This document shows positions 35,261-48,345 of a DNA stretch of 64,000 nucleotides, piece by piece; position 1 is the first letter of the stretch; every line of letters begins with the position of its first letter. The stretch is from Macrostomum lignano (taxonomy: Eukaryota), in contig NIVC01000200.1 of the NCBI GenBank assembly GCA_002269645.1, positions 496,001 to 560,000 on the forward strand. Reading direction: 5' to 3'. A model generated the notes under the pieces. That model saw nothing but the letters and a program-made list of their open reading frames with translations. It did not search any database and was not told the origin of the DNA. The position numbers and the translations under genes are program-made.

Positions 35261-38200
35261 ACCCAATTGAAATGACACTTCCAAAACCAGACCCGAGGAT
35301 AAAAAATTTTAAGTTTTAACACCAAAACAAATATAGTAATTACACTATTAACACATGCCAACCATTTTTTTGTTACTAAATAATGAGTTGACAAAATGAG
35401 CTAGCCAATGTATAACTTATAGCGCCTTTGACAACTTTTTAGTGCATTTTTATACTACTTATACTACTATTAGTAGAGTCAGTACAGTTTGGAAACACAC
35501 TTGCACCATTGGAATGGTGCACAATGGTGAAAAAATTAAGCTGGATAACTGTATATTCTTTTTAGTTAGAAAAAGTGTCCAATAAGTTATGATTGTACAT
35601 AGATTGATTTTTCTTGTTAGACCAAAAAAGAGGTGCTATTGGCAGGTGGCATGACAAGGATTTTTAGTAGGGGACAGGGGGGCACCTTTGGGGTGACTAA
35701 ACCCATAATGAATTGGCATCATAATTTTGGAAGCAATTAGGGGACTATGAATCCCAAAGCCCCCTGACTACTAGTGATTAGTTAATTAATTAATTTAAAG
35801 CTATTTACTTCTTATTCAAATGACATAGTCAATTGTTATTTTCAGGGTGAAAATTTTTAAATAAAGTATAAAATATATTAATGTTAGAATAGTAATATAT
35901 AAAAATACTGCAGGTAAATTATAATTTTAATACATTTGGTAATTGCATAAAAGACATTATCAACATACTAACATAATTACTATTACAACATTCTAAGTTC
36001 GTAAGACTATTATGTTAGTATAGTAGTAATAGTAATAATAAGATTAGATAATAGATAATAGGATAAGATAATATAAGACAGGATAAGATAAGATAAAAGT
36101 AATCTAAAAAACCACAACCTAAATGTCCTCTAAAAAGCTATTAACAATAGTAAAAATGCTGAGATTTGTTTTTGTCAAATGTGGGATGCTGATACAATGT
36201 TAAGACAAAATTGAAGAAGAAGAATGGATATATTTTCAAGGGCATAACTTAACTGGCTTATAAGTTGTAAATAAAAAATTGTAAAAATCCAAATAAGAAG
36301 AAAATTGATTGTATTTTCTCCTAGCCTAGAAACTGGAACTGTCGAATTGGTAGGCCTAGTTTTATAATTAGATAAATATTGGCTTATAAACTCATTTTGG
36401 GTTTTAAAAAACCTTAAAAGACAAAGTTGACATGTTATAAAATTATAAAAAAAACAATACACAGATAAGCTATATCCCAATTAAATTTTTTGATAGTGTT
36501 CCATAGTGTAGGTTCAATTAAGTCAGTTCGAACAAACATTTAGGCACACATGTTGGATTTCATTTACATTACCTAAGCTGTGCCTGTGCATGCTGCTACT
36601 ATGCCTATATCTAGCCACATTGATCTAGTAAAACTTTTATAAGAATCAATACATTTTATTATTGCATACATATATTCACATTTTGAAAAACCTGTTGAAA
36701 CGTTAGCAAAAATCTTTTATGCGGCAACAACAGACAACAGCAATAAAAAGGTAAAAAAGTGTCACTGTCAAGTGTCACAAAATTTAAGAAAACTAGTAAT
36801 GATTTCTTTGAAAATTCCTTAGTCAAGTTTGCGCGACAAAAAGTTTTCGTGCAAAAGACGAAACACGGTAGCAAAGTAGTTTGGGTACTTGACTGGAAAC
36901 TCAAAGACCTCTCCATCGTACATCGTAAATATAAGTTTTATTTTCACTTAAAATTTTTATTACTCGGAATTGACTAATTACAGATTCAGCTCAAGACAAC
37001 CAACTTCAACCATTCATTTCGTAAACTCAAGAAAAGCATAACAAAAATGGTAATAAAAACTATTTTTTTCTAAAAAAATAAAGCATTGCTTTTAATTAAT
37101 CGCAAAAAAGTTCTTACTTTATATTTTAGAATGGTTATACTTTAACTAAGCAGGCAGTTGTCATCTGACAAATTTGTAAAGTTTAAACCAGCAGAATTCT
37201 TATTTGCAAGCTGTGCACCCTTAAATTTGTGATTTGATAATGAACAGCTTGCAACTTGCTCGAGTCCGTGACGCTTTAAGATGTTCGTATGCTATTGCTA
37301 ATGAATAGTTTAATAGCAATAACTAATCGGTATTCTTCTGTTCTGTTGTTTATTTAGAAGTTGACAATCACTTCTAGTTCTATTCTACCTTCTAGTCTTG
37401 TACTTTTAATAAGACACAGACGCATCACACATGTTTACATTTGTTCAGAAGCTTAAAATTAATTTACGAGAAAAGTTACTGAGCCAAGCCTTTTATAATA
37501 GCCAATTCTGTAGAATAAAAGTCAATTTACAATAAAAAAATATCTGAAACAAAAAAATAGTCTTTTCTAGCATAGGCCTTCTGATACAGTGATACTTATT
37601 CGGCCTACTATTAGGGATTTATACATAGGCCATTGAAAATAAAATTAATTGGCCTTAAAATAAGAAAAAGCATGGGAAAAGGCTATGACTAATCACTATT
37701 CATGACCTATGAGCAATATGGATTATTATGTTTTAATTGAATTTTGATCATTGGAAGCAATATTTGTTGAAGCCTTAGATTCTATAATTGTGCCTATAAA
37801 TATAATTAATATAATATACTTAATTAATTAGTTAATTAATAGTTAATTAAATTCATAGCCATAATAGGCATCAAAGGCTATATAAACTGTTTTATTTAAA
37901 GTAAAATGCTAATAATTTATATCATAGACCATACATGCGCAACTTCTGAAATTACGCTGGCCGTGCGACTTAGTTTTCGATAAAAAATGCGACTTACCTA
38001 TGAAAGAGCCAAGCAAAAACTTTAAGTAAACGGCAGGAGTAACTATGACTAGGCCTATATTTTTAAAGCTAAATGCCTCGCCAGCTAATTAGTGCTGCGT
38101 GCAGATTCTGCGTTTTTATAACAGCTAATCAGTATGTCATCTAGTGGCGGCATGAAGCAATTAGTAAATTGTCAGTACAGTATAGTGAGCATACTACAAA

Positions 38201-38539
38201 AGTCATGATTCATGAATGTCCAGAAGTAAGTGAAGTGAATATAGTGTGACCTATAGCTCAAGAACGATTTGCTAGACGATTTGGCATGGAAGATGAGAGC
38301 CCTGATTCAGATGGCTCATCAGATGCAGAATACGAATCCAGTAGAGATACAAGCTGTGAAAACCCACAGATTTTTAAACCACTGAATTCTAATTCCCGGA
38401 ACTATTTTTGCATAGATTCTAAATTTGAAGTCATGCTCAAACAAAAACTTGTTAACAGTTAGGAAAAAGGCAAAGATGGGAGTAATGCATGTTAAACTAA
38501 GATTTGAGGCCTTTGCAAATTCTCCCCATTCCTCAATCT

Positions 38540-39240
38540 TCTCATCCTCTTTTTCTTTTCTCTCTCATCCCTTATCCCTTCTCTCTTTCCTCTCCTCTCT
38601 CCTCTCTTTCCTCTCCTCTCCTATCTCTTCTGTCTCCTCTCTACATTCTTATCTCTCCTCTCGTCTCTCTCCATTCCACTCTACTCTCTCATCTTATCTT
38701 CCCTCTCGTCTCTCTCCACTCTACTCTCTCATCTTATCTCTCCTCACTTTTCTACTCTCTCATCTCTCCTCTCTTCAGTCTCCTCTCATCTCCTCTTTAT
38801 CCTCTCTTCAGTCTCCTCTCATCTCCTCTTTATCCTCTTTTCTCTCATCTACTCTCTCCTCTTTCCTCTTTCCTCTCTTCTGATCTCATCCATCATCTTT
38901 TCTTTCCTCTTTCCTCTAATCTCCTCTTCTCTCTCATCTCTTTTTCCTCCCTCAGCTTTTCTCTCCTCTTCTATCTTTTCTCCCATCGCATTGCTCACCT
39001 CTCCTCTGTTTGCTTATCTCTAATCTTCTACTCCCTCTACTTTGAAGTAAGAAAATATGCACATATTTTTGCTGAAGATAAGAGGAGAGAAGAGGGCATT
39101 GAGGAGAAAGGGTAGAGAGAAAGGGGGAGAAGAGAGGAGAGTAAAAATGAGAGGAAAGAGAAGAGGGAAAAGGGGGGAGAGAGAGAAGAGGGGAGGCAAG
39201 GTAGAGAAGAAGAGAGAGATGAGAGTTGAAGAGACACCAA
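38540..39240. repeat. Polypyrimidine (CT-rich) tract followed by polypurine (GA-rich) tract
   Basis: 38540-39040 is almost purely C/T and 39075-39235 almost purely A/G. Confidence 0.9.
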
Positions 39241-39489
39241 CCTTGCTAGTTAGGAAGTTTCAAAGAACCCGAGGGGTGAGGGCCAGATAGAGGGGCTTCG
39301 CGAGCCGGAGTTTGCCAACCCCTGCTCCAGAGTTTAAGAAATCAATGGGAAGCTGTTGACGCGGGCTTCTGATTTCAAAGATCTTGTCTGTGGTTGAAGG
39401 CTTCTATTCTGTTTTTGCTCTCCTGCCACACTTGCACCTACTACCCCCTGATTGCCTCTGATTGTGACTTACTTCCCTCTTATTGCAAC

Positions 39490-39995
39490 TTAGTTGCTTC
39501 TTTTTGCGACTTACCTAATCCTTTTTGCGACTTACTTAATCCTTTTTGCAACTTACCTAATCCTTTTTGCGACTTACCTAATCCTTTTTGCGACTTAGCT
39601 GATCCTTTTGCGACTTACCTGATTCTTTTTGCGACTTACCTAATCCTTTTTGCGACTTACCTGATCCTTTTTGCGACTTACCTAATCCTTTTTGCAACTT
39701 ACCTAACCCTTTTGCGACTTACCTGATCCTTTTTGCGACTTACCTAATCCTTTTTGCGACTTACCTAATCCTTTTTGCGACTTACCTAATCCTTTTTGCG
39801 ACTTACCTAATCCTTTTTGCGACTTACCTAATCCTTTTTGCGACTTACCTAATCCTTTTTGCGACTTACCTAATCCTTTTTGCGACTTACCTAACCCTTT
39901 TGCGACTTACCTGATCCTTTTTGTGACTTAGTTTGCTTCTTTTGCAACTTACCTGATCCTTTTTGCGACTTACCTGATTATTTTTACAACTTAGT
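39490..39995. repeat. 21/22-bp minisatellite TTTTTGCGACTTACCTAATCC
   Basis: About 23 copies. The unit matches the hAT-like terminus TTTTGCGACTTACCCCTG at 40113-40130. Confidence 0.94.
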
Positions 39996-41574
39996 TTGCT
40001 TCTTTTGCGAATTGTTTTTCTTTTGCTTCACCATTTTCCCTGAACTGCACTTTCTTTCGCTTTCCTCTTGCCTTTCTTGGTTCTTGTGTTTTTCTGTTTT
40101 TGATTGACTCAATTTTGCGACTTACCCCTGGTCAGCCACGATTTACGGTGGCCGGATCAGCCAGGTCGGCCAGCAGTTGCGCATGTATGTCATAGACCAT
40201 CATAGTTTTATATTTTATTTGCAATGCTAAGTATTATAAAAATGTTTTATTAGGTTAGGCCCTAGTAATAGTATTTTCTATGCTAGTGAAGTGGGGGTGG
40301 AGAAATTAAAATTAAGGAGGTGGCTTGGTTGGTTTGACATCAATTGGGGTAGTTCTCACTTTTAAATTGCTGCTGACATTGAGCTTATATAAATTAAATC
40401 TAGAAAATTACACAGACAAACTCTAACAAAATTTCTTCTATTACTCTGGCTACTAGGGTCCTCAATTCCAGGGGAGGGTAGTTTTGATCATAGGCAAGTA
40501 GTCTTCATTTGGCATGAGCATTCAGAACAGGTCCTTAGACACTAAAACAGATATATCTCATATGCTTGACTTATTACTGCAAGTAGAGTAGCGCTACCTC
40601 TTACCATAATTTATGTATTATAGAACATTGAAGTCTCAGAGCTTTTTTGAGTTGAGAACTTGGTTATTTTATGCCCCATGGGAAAATGACTTAGGATAGG
40701 CTATGGCTTTTAATTAGGTATTAAGCAATAAAATAGAAAATAATGTTCATTTATTATAATTAGTAAGATAGTTAGTTATTGAACATTCAGATTGACTTGA
40801 CAACAAATGATACCAGGGGAGCCACAGGGCAAGGCTCAAAATTAAAGTTGAAAAAGACTAAGCTAAGGTATAGTACAAGTTGTGAGCAAAGTATTAATGG
40901 GTATTATTCAATGGAGCACTAGCAATGCAGAGTATTAGCAAAATAAATAGGGGTTGCCAAATGATTTGAAAAAACAAAAAGGGGAAGAGAAGAGAGGTAA
41001 GAAGAAAAGTATAAAGTATTAGCACTTGTAATGGGATTTTAAATATTAGTGCCAAGGCTAGAAAGTGGTATGTAATAAACATTAATTGGCTGAGCATGGA
41101 CATGAAAAAAGACAGCATAGATCAGCAATTAGCAAAACACAAAAACAGAGGGAGAGAATAGGCAAATAAAAATTGATCAGAAACAGGGGCACAAAGGCCA
41201 AAACCAGGAAATGATGGGCCAAAACAGGGAAATGAAGGGCCAGAACAGGGAAAACAAAGGGCCAACCTAGGAATTGGGAGAAAGACAAGGGTGACATCAG
41301 GGCAGCACCTTAAGGTGGGCATAGAGGGGCCAAACCCAGGAAGAAGCCAAGGATCATGACCAGGGAGTGAACAAAACTAAAAGTCAATGATAGACCCCCA
41401 TTTACGACACTAGATTAGTTTAAAAATATTTTTCTTTATTTATTATAATGTAATGGGGTATTTTAGCTAGGACTTATTTGTATATTATATTTAATTGGTA
41501 CTAAGGTAAATAACTCATACTCAATCGGCCTAGCCTTAAATGACTTATAGTAAACCTAGTCAACATGCTTGGGC

Positions 41575-41732
41575 GCAACCTAGGGATTCACCCAGCCATT
41601 TCTATTGGCAACACACATATGTAAGTCGCTATTGGACAAAATAGTAGTCATGTGACTGCTCTCAGCCAATAGCGACTTACATGTACATGTGTGTGTTGCC
41701 AATAGAAACAGCCAAGTGATTCCCAAGGTTGC
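41575..41732. mobile_element. Small palindromic MITE
   Basis: GCAACC...TTTCTATTGGCAACACACAT..GTAAGTCGCTATTGG mirrored by CCAATAGCGACTTAC..ATGTGTGTGTTGCCAATAGAAA...GGTTGC. Confidence 0.75.
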
Positions 41733-43368
41733 ACATATATGCTAGTCAAGGTCAAAGCATTGTTATATACCTTGGTTTTATAGCTTATATGCCCTAACAT
41801 TCAAAAAACCTTGATTGATACATGTACTTTTTGTTAGGCAAGTCTAATTGTTCCTCCTAATAAATTAAATATGTTAGGCCTATATTTTTATATTTTAATT
41901 TTAATTGTTCATTTCTCTTCAGGCTTATTATATATATCTTATATTATTTTTTATAATAATCTAATAACTTCTCTATAAATATAGCTATAGGAAATGATAA
42001 ATATAAAGGTTTTTTTAAAAAAACATAGCATACAAATACAAACAAGGTTATACATATATGCATATACAATATCCTATTGAGCCAGTTGATCTAGCTGGTT
42101 AGCCAGAGGTCTAGCCAAGGTAAGCCTATGTTGCAAAATTGTTACCTAAAATATAGACATTAAAAATTAGTTACTTCTGCTGTTTACCCAAAATTATACT
42201 AACTTTTGCTTGGTTTTTTTATATGTAAGTCCCATTCCATAGTCCAGATCATGCTAGGTGCAAACCTATACAAAAATTGAAAAATTACAAATGCACACAA
42301 AAAATGGAGTGCACACCTATTCTCAAAACTACGCTGGTGTTGTGACGATAAATGACCTTTTTAATTGCATAATGGACCTTTTTTGGCAAATAATTAGGCT
42401 ATTTTTTGCTTTTTCAGCAATATTATTTCTAGTGGAAAACTGATACATACAAATATTTGTTTAAATGCTTTATTACAAGCTTCAAAACCTAGAAAGCTTG
42501 AAATTTATCCTTAAAAGTGAACTTTTTAAATCTTTTTTCTACTTCACAATAACTCTTCTGCGTGATTTTGTAAAGTGCATACTAGATGTGCACGCAATTT
42601 TTTCCTAGGAGTGATGCATGACAACTGTGCACGTCTACTTTTGGCATGCAAGGCCAGTGCACGCCTGAGTTTTTGTGCATATACAACATGAGCTAGAGTG
42701 TGGGTCACATTTTTGGTCAAAAAGTAATTTATATATCCAGTATTAAATCAATGGGCTATGCATGTATTGAAGATATTGAAATGGGAATATATATATTTCC
42801 TATATCTAGTTTTAGTATCTAGACCATTCAGTATCTAAAAAATGAGTTAAGGTTTAAAAGACTATTAGAGCCATTAATTTGATAGGTAGGAGTAAAGTAG
42901 TAAAAATAGAAATAAATGAATGTTACTAATTTTAAAGCTTTTGTAATGTGAGTTTTCAAGACTCTAAGGTTGAGGACTCAATAATTTTTGCCTAGTTGGG
43001 ATAATAAGGACTAACACCTAGGTAAATAATTTCACTTTCAATGTGTGAGTAGCTATTAAGTCCCTTGGGTTAAAGACTAAAGGCACATTGTGATTGGGAT
43101 ATTAGGGGCTAAAGTTGGATGAATCAAGCTAATAAAGAAGCTGCCTAATATTTGCTATTATTTAAGAAGGCTGAACTTCAATGAATTCAGGAGGCTTTTG
43201 CTGCTCAATTTTAGGAACCAAATAACTATATTTGTTTAACTATAGCTTTCTAAATAACCATATTTCCTTGTCATGTACATAAATGCAATTATTTTAGATG
43301 CACTAAAGGATCAATGTACAGTATAGCAATGTTCATAATATTTTTTTGTGGAATGACAGGACAGAGAA

Positions 43369-43377
<9 letters not shown>

Positions 43378-43435
<58 letters not shown>
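43378..43435. repeat. (AG)n microsatellite
   Basis: Direct reading, about 270 bp upstream of the PP2A-A-like ATG. Confidence 0.95.
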
Positions 43436-43440
<5 letters not shown>

Positions 43441-43707
43441 GCGTATGCGCCCCAAATGTACTCTAGCTTAGAACACCAACAGCCGTTCACTCGCACCTCC
43501 TCCAGATAGTTGGACATTGAGAATGGGTTATATCCTTTCAATACCTTATTTTAGATGCATTTTTATAGTTGCTTAGTTGTTGCCATATTATTTTGTCATA
43601 TAGCTATTTTTACTTATTTGCATGCTGAAAGTCTACTATTGCATTAAAAAATCTGCCATTAATCTCTGGCTTAAATCTGTGACCAAAGCACCAATTGTCA
43701 AATAATC

Positions 43708-43839
43708 ATGTCAGTTGATGCAGAGAGTATTGAATCATTGATGCAAGCCATCACTGGGCTCAGCTTTTCTGAAGAAGAGATATCTAAGAATTACGAAAAA
43801 ATACCGCCGTATTTGAGACTGTATGAAGTGGAGACTGCT
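43708..43839 (+). CDS. ppp2r1a: Divergent PP2A scaffold subunit A-like (PR65/PPP2R1) HEAT protein, exon 1 of 10
   Basis: ATG TCA GTT...YLRLYEVETA|gtaagt. Joins in phase 0 to EKLRVVRTL, aligning to LRNEDVQLRLNSIKKL. This short exon is absent from the ORF track. Confidence 0.7.
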
Positions 43840-43969
43840 GTAAGTTGTTCCTCAATAAAATATTTATTAGATTAACCTATTTATCTTGAAGTATTGTTCG
43901 ACATTTCAAAGACACATGCGGGCATTGGCAAAACATCTCAATTAGTTTTGTAGTCAAGACTCAATAGTT

Positions 43970-45801
43970 CTGTGAGAATCGCTCAGGTAGACAAACAGTT
44001 CAGTGAGAATCGCTCAGGTAGATAAGAAGTCAGTAAGAATCGCTCAGGTAGACAAAGAGTTCAGTGAGAATCACTCAGGTAGACAAGAAGTCAGTGAGAA
44101 TCACTCAGGTAGACAAGAAGTCAGTGAGAATCACTCAGGTAGACAAGAAGTCAGTGAGAATCGCTCAGGTAGACAAGAAGTCAGTGAGAATCGCTCAGGT
44201 AGACAAGAAGTCAGTGAGAATCACTCAGGTAGACAAGAAGTCAGTGAGAATCGCTCAGGTAGACAAGAAGTCAGTGAGAATCGCTCAGGTAGACAAGAAG
44301 TCAGTGAGAATCACTCAGGTAGACAAGAGTTCAGTGAGAATCGCTCAGGTAGACAAGAAGTCAGTGAGAATCGCTCAGGTAGACAAGAAGTCAGTGAGAA
44401 TCACTCAGGTAGACAAGAGTTCAGTGAAAATCGCTCAGGTAGACAAGAAGTCAGTGAGAATCACTCAGGTAGACAAGAAGTCAGTGAGAATCGCTCAGGT
44501 AGACAAGAAGTCAGTGAGAATCGCTCAGGTAGACAAGAAGTCAGTGAGAATCACTCAGGTAGACAAGAAGTCAGTGAGAATCACTCAGGTAGACAAGAAG
44601 TCAGTGAGAATCGCTCAGGTAGACAAGAAGTCAGTGAGAATCACTCAGGTAGACAAGAAGTCAGTGAGAATCGCTCAGGTAGACAAGAAGTCAGTGAGAA
44701 TCACTCAGGTAGACAAGAGTTCAGTGAAAATCGCTCAGGTAGACAAGAAGTCAGTGAGAATCACTCAGGTAGACAAGAAGTCAGTGAGAATCGCTCAGGT
44801 AGACAAGAAGTCAGTGAGAATCACTCAGGTAGACAAGAGTTCAGTGAAAATCGCTCAGGTAGACAAGAAGTCAGTGAGAATCGCTCAGGTAGACAAGAAG
44901 TCAGTGAGAATCACTCAGGTAGACAAGAAGTCAGTGAGAATCGCTCAGGTAGACAAGAAGTCAGTGAGAATCGCTCAGGTAGACAAGAAGTCAGTGAGAA
45001 TCACTCAGGTAGACAAGAAGTCAGTGAGAATCGCTCAGGTAGACAAGAAGTCAGTGAGAATCGCTCAGGTAGACAAGAAGTCAGTGAGAATCACTCAGGT
45101 AGACAAGAAGTCAGTGAGAATCGCTCAGGTAGACAAGAAGTCAGGGAGAATCACTCAGGTAGACAAGAAGTCAGTGAAAATCACTCAGGTAGACAAGAAG
45201 TCAGGGAGAATCACTTAGGTAGACAAGAAGTCAGTGAGAATCACTCAGGTAGACAAGAAGTCAGGGAGAATCACTCAGGTAGACAAGAGTTCAGTGAAAA
45301 TCGCTCAGGTAGACAAGAAGTCAGTGAGAATCGCTCAGGTAGACAAGAAGTCAGGGAGAATCACTCAGGTAGACAAGAAGTCAGGGAGAATCACTCAGGT
45401 AGACAAGAGTTCAGTGAAAATCGCTCAGGTAGACAAGAAGTCAGTGAGAATCACTCAGGTAGACAAGAAGTCAGGGAGAATCACTCAGGTAGACAAGAGT
45501 TCAGTGAAAATCGCTCAGGTAGACAAGAAGTCAGTGAGAATCACTCAGGTAGACAAGAAGTCAGTGAGAATCGCTTAGGTAGACAAGAAGTCAGTGAGAA
45601 TCACTCAGGTAGACAAGAAGTCAGTGAGAATCGCTTAGGTAGACAAGAAGTCAGTGAGAATCACTCAGGTAGACAAGAAGTCAGTGAGAATCGCTCAGGT
45701 AGACAAGAAGTCAGTGAGAATCGCTCAGGTAGACAAGAAGTCAGTGAGAATCGCTCAGGTAGACAAGAGTTCAGTGAAAATCGCTCAGGTAGACAAGAAG
45801 T
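43970..45801. repeat. 30-bp minisatellite GTGAGAATC(A/G)CTCAGGTAGACAAGAAGTCA (PP2A-A intron 1)
   Basis: About 61 copies. It is the source of the 601-aa and 384-aa ORFs. Confidence 0.97.
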
Positions 45802-45867
45802 CCATTAGATTCATCATTTGTCCAATGACTCTACCGAAAGCAAATCTGCCGATCTTGCATCTACTAG

Positions 45868-45958
45868 GAGAAGCTTCGGGTTGTACGAACACTACCAGTC
45901 GTTGCTAGCAACCTAGGACCTTCTAAGGTGAAGGACGTACTAATACCTAAAATCGATG
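45868..45958 (+). CDS. ppp2r1a: PP2A-A-like exon 2
   Basis: Acceptor ctactag|GAG. EKLRVVRTLPVVASNLGPSKVKDVLIPKID G|gtaag (HEAT1). Confidence 0.82.
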
Positions 45959-46049
45959 GTAAGACTTAATTTTTTTGTCAATATATTTAATTCTGGTTTT
46001 GTATGGTAGCTGAGCTATATTAGTTACATTATTCAACAATAAATTGTAG

Positions 46050-46310
46050 AATTAATAACCGCGGCAATCAACAATGGTGAGGACGAGCTACTATTAGAAG
46101 TGTGCCGTCAGCTGGGCACGTTTCCTCATCTCATGGGCTCGGCCAATAATATTGTTAATCTAGTGCCGCCATTGGGTCGCGTTCTGTCCTCGGTTGAAGA
46201 GGTTGTTGTTGGCGAAGCGGCCGCTGACGCGCTGATCAAAGTAGTTGCCGAATTGTCCTCGACGCTGATTGAAACCAACTGTGTGCCGCTGATTAAAACC
46301 GTTTTCGATG
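46050..46310 (+). CDS. ppp2r1a: PP2A-A-like exon 3
   Basis: Acceptor ttgtag|AA. EDELLLEVCRQLGTF...LVPPLGRVLSSVEEVVV aligns to PP2A-A EDEVLLALAEQLGTF...LLPPLESLATVEETVV. Donor G|gtaaaa. Confidence 0.9.
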
Positions 46311-46419
46311 GTAAAAACCGTTTCAGTCTACTTATATCGCTTTCAATGAGTAATATAGTTTGTATTTTTAAAAGATTTAAACTGAGTATATGAAAGCAGT
46401 GGGTTGCTGTGTCATTATC

Positions 46420-47480
46420 TACTGCATTCTACCCTACCGACTAATGTTGTATACCACGACTACCATTAATACAAGCTACTCTACCGCTATCTTCTACTCT
46501 AATTACTATTTACCCTACCGCAATTCACTATACTCTATCTACCCTATCCTTACTACAAGCTACTCTACTTACTATCTACTCTACCATTTTCTTCACTACT
46601 TAATATCTTCCCTACCGCTATCTAATCTACTATCTACTCTGCCGTTATCTACTCCGCTTTCTATCGACCCTACTGTTATCTACTTAACTATCTACCCTAC
46701 GGCTATCGAGTTCACTTACTATCTACTTTACCGTTATCTGCTTACTGACTATCTTCCTTACCGATATCTACTCTACTTACTTTCCTACCTACCGCTATCT
46801 TCTCTACTCATATCTTCCTTACCGCTATCTACTATCGACCCTACCGCTATCTACTCTACTATCCATCTACCCTACCGCTATCGACCCTACCGCTAGCTAC
46901 TCTACTATCTACCCTACCGCTATGTACTTTATTATCTACCCTACCGCTATCTACTCTACTATCTACCCTACCGCTGTCTACTCTACTATCTACCCTACCG
47001 CTGTCTACTCTGCTATCTACCCTACCTACTCTACTACACTATCTACTCTACCCTAGCTATCTACTCTACTATATAACCTACCGCTATCTACTCTACCTTT
47101 TAACCTACCGATATCTACTCTACTATCTACCCTACCGCTATCTACTCTAGCTTCTACCCTACCGATATCTACTCTACTATCTACCCTACCGCTATCTACT
47201 CTACTATCTACCCTACCGCTATCTACTCTAGCTTCTACCCTACCGATATCTACTCTACTATCTACCCTACCGCTATCTACTCTACTATCTACCCTACCGC
47301 TATCTACTCTACTATCTACCCCACCGCTATCTACTCTACTTACTATCTAACCTACCGCTATCTATTCTACTATCTACCCTACCGCTATCTACTCTACTTA
47401 CTATCTACCCTACCGCTATCTACTCTACTTACTATCTACCCTACCGCTATCTACTCTACTTACTATCTACTCTTCCGCTC
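46420..47480. repeat. ~27-bp minisatellite CTACCCTACCGCTATCTACTCTACTAT, with a degenerate 5' half (intron 3)
   Basis: Homogeneous from about 46890, decayed upstream. Confidence 0.9.
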
Positions 47481-47556
47481 CCAGCCTCTTATCTCTGGTT
47501 ACTTACCCTCGTGTTAGTATTCCTTAATACAAAGCCGAACCCGTCGCGACCTTCAG

Positions 47557-47994
47557 ACGATCTCTACTGTTCGTCCCGCCGCGCTGGTTGCCGCCTAATC
47601 GTCCCCTGTTACGCCAAGATCAGCTCAAACGATATTCGCAGCGAATTAAAATCTCGCCTAATTAATGCAGCCAATCAAGAGGAAGAGATTCTGTTAGTGC
47701 GCGAGGCCGCTGTCACCCAGCTGGGGCTTCTGGCACAGTCGGCTAGCAAAGACCGGGCCGAAATCCTCGCCAGCTTGGTCACCCTGTCTAACGACAATCA
47801 TCGCGACATTCGAGCCGCCAGCGTTCGCTCCCTGCTAGACCTGGTTAAACTGTACGGCGAGAAGGAGCTGGAGTCCACCGTCTACCCTGTGTTGGAGCGC
47901 TACGCTGAGGATTCGCACAGGAATACCAGACAGAACTTTGCCGCTCATATTGCCGAGTTTCAGACTGTTTTCAATAAGATTGGAAAGCAGCTAG
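47557..47994 (+). CDS. ppp2r1a: PP2A-A-like exon 4
   Basis: Acceptor cttcag|[23 protein letters not shown] aligns to DWFTSRTSACGLFSVCYPR. Covers HEAT4-7. Donor G|gtgagt. Confidence 0.9.
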
Positions 47995-47999
47995 GTGAG

Positions 48000-48035
48000 T
48001 GTGTCTGTCTGTCTGTATGTGTCTGTCTGTCTTCC

Positions 48036-48100
<65 letters not shown>

Positions 48101-48103
48101 TCC

Positions 48104-48176
<73 letters not shown>

Positions 48177-48191
48177 TCCTGTCTGTCTTCC

Positions 48192-48232
<41 letters not shown>

Positions 48233-48235
48233 TCC

Positions 48236-48288
<53 letters not shown>

Positions 48289-48345
48289 TAGTGTCTGTCT
48301 GTCTGTCTGTCTGTCTGTATGTGTCTGTCTGTCTGTCTGTCTGTC
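48000..48345. repeat. (CTGT)n microsatellite (intron 4)
   Basis: Begins right after the GTGAGT donor. Confidence 0.96.

Noticed and set aside
38260-38460. Short acidic ORF (MEDESPDSDGSSDAEYESS...) reminiscent of a transposase N-terminus
   Set aside because: It is too short and low-complexity, with no catalytic domain or TIRs found.
42250-42695. Weak inverted similarity and GTGCAC motifs suggesting a decayed MITE
   Set aside because: The termini match too poorly to define boundaries.
44003-45808. 601-aa and 384-aa ORFs
   Set aside because: They are translations of a 30-bp intronic satellite, and the flanking PP2A-A exons join in phase without them.
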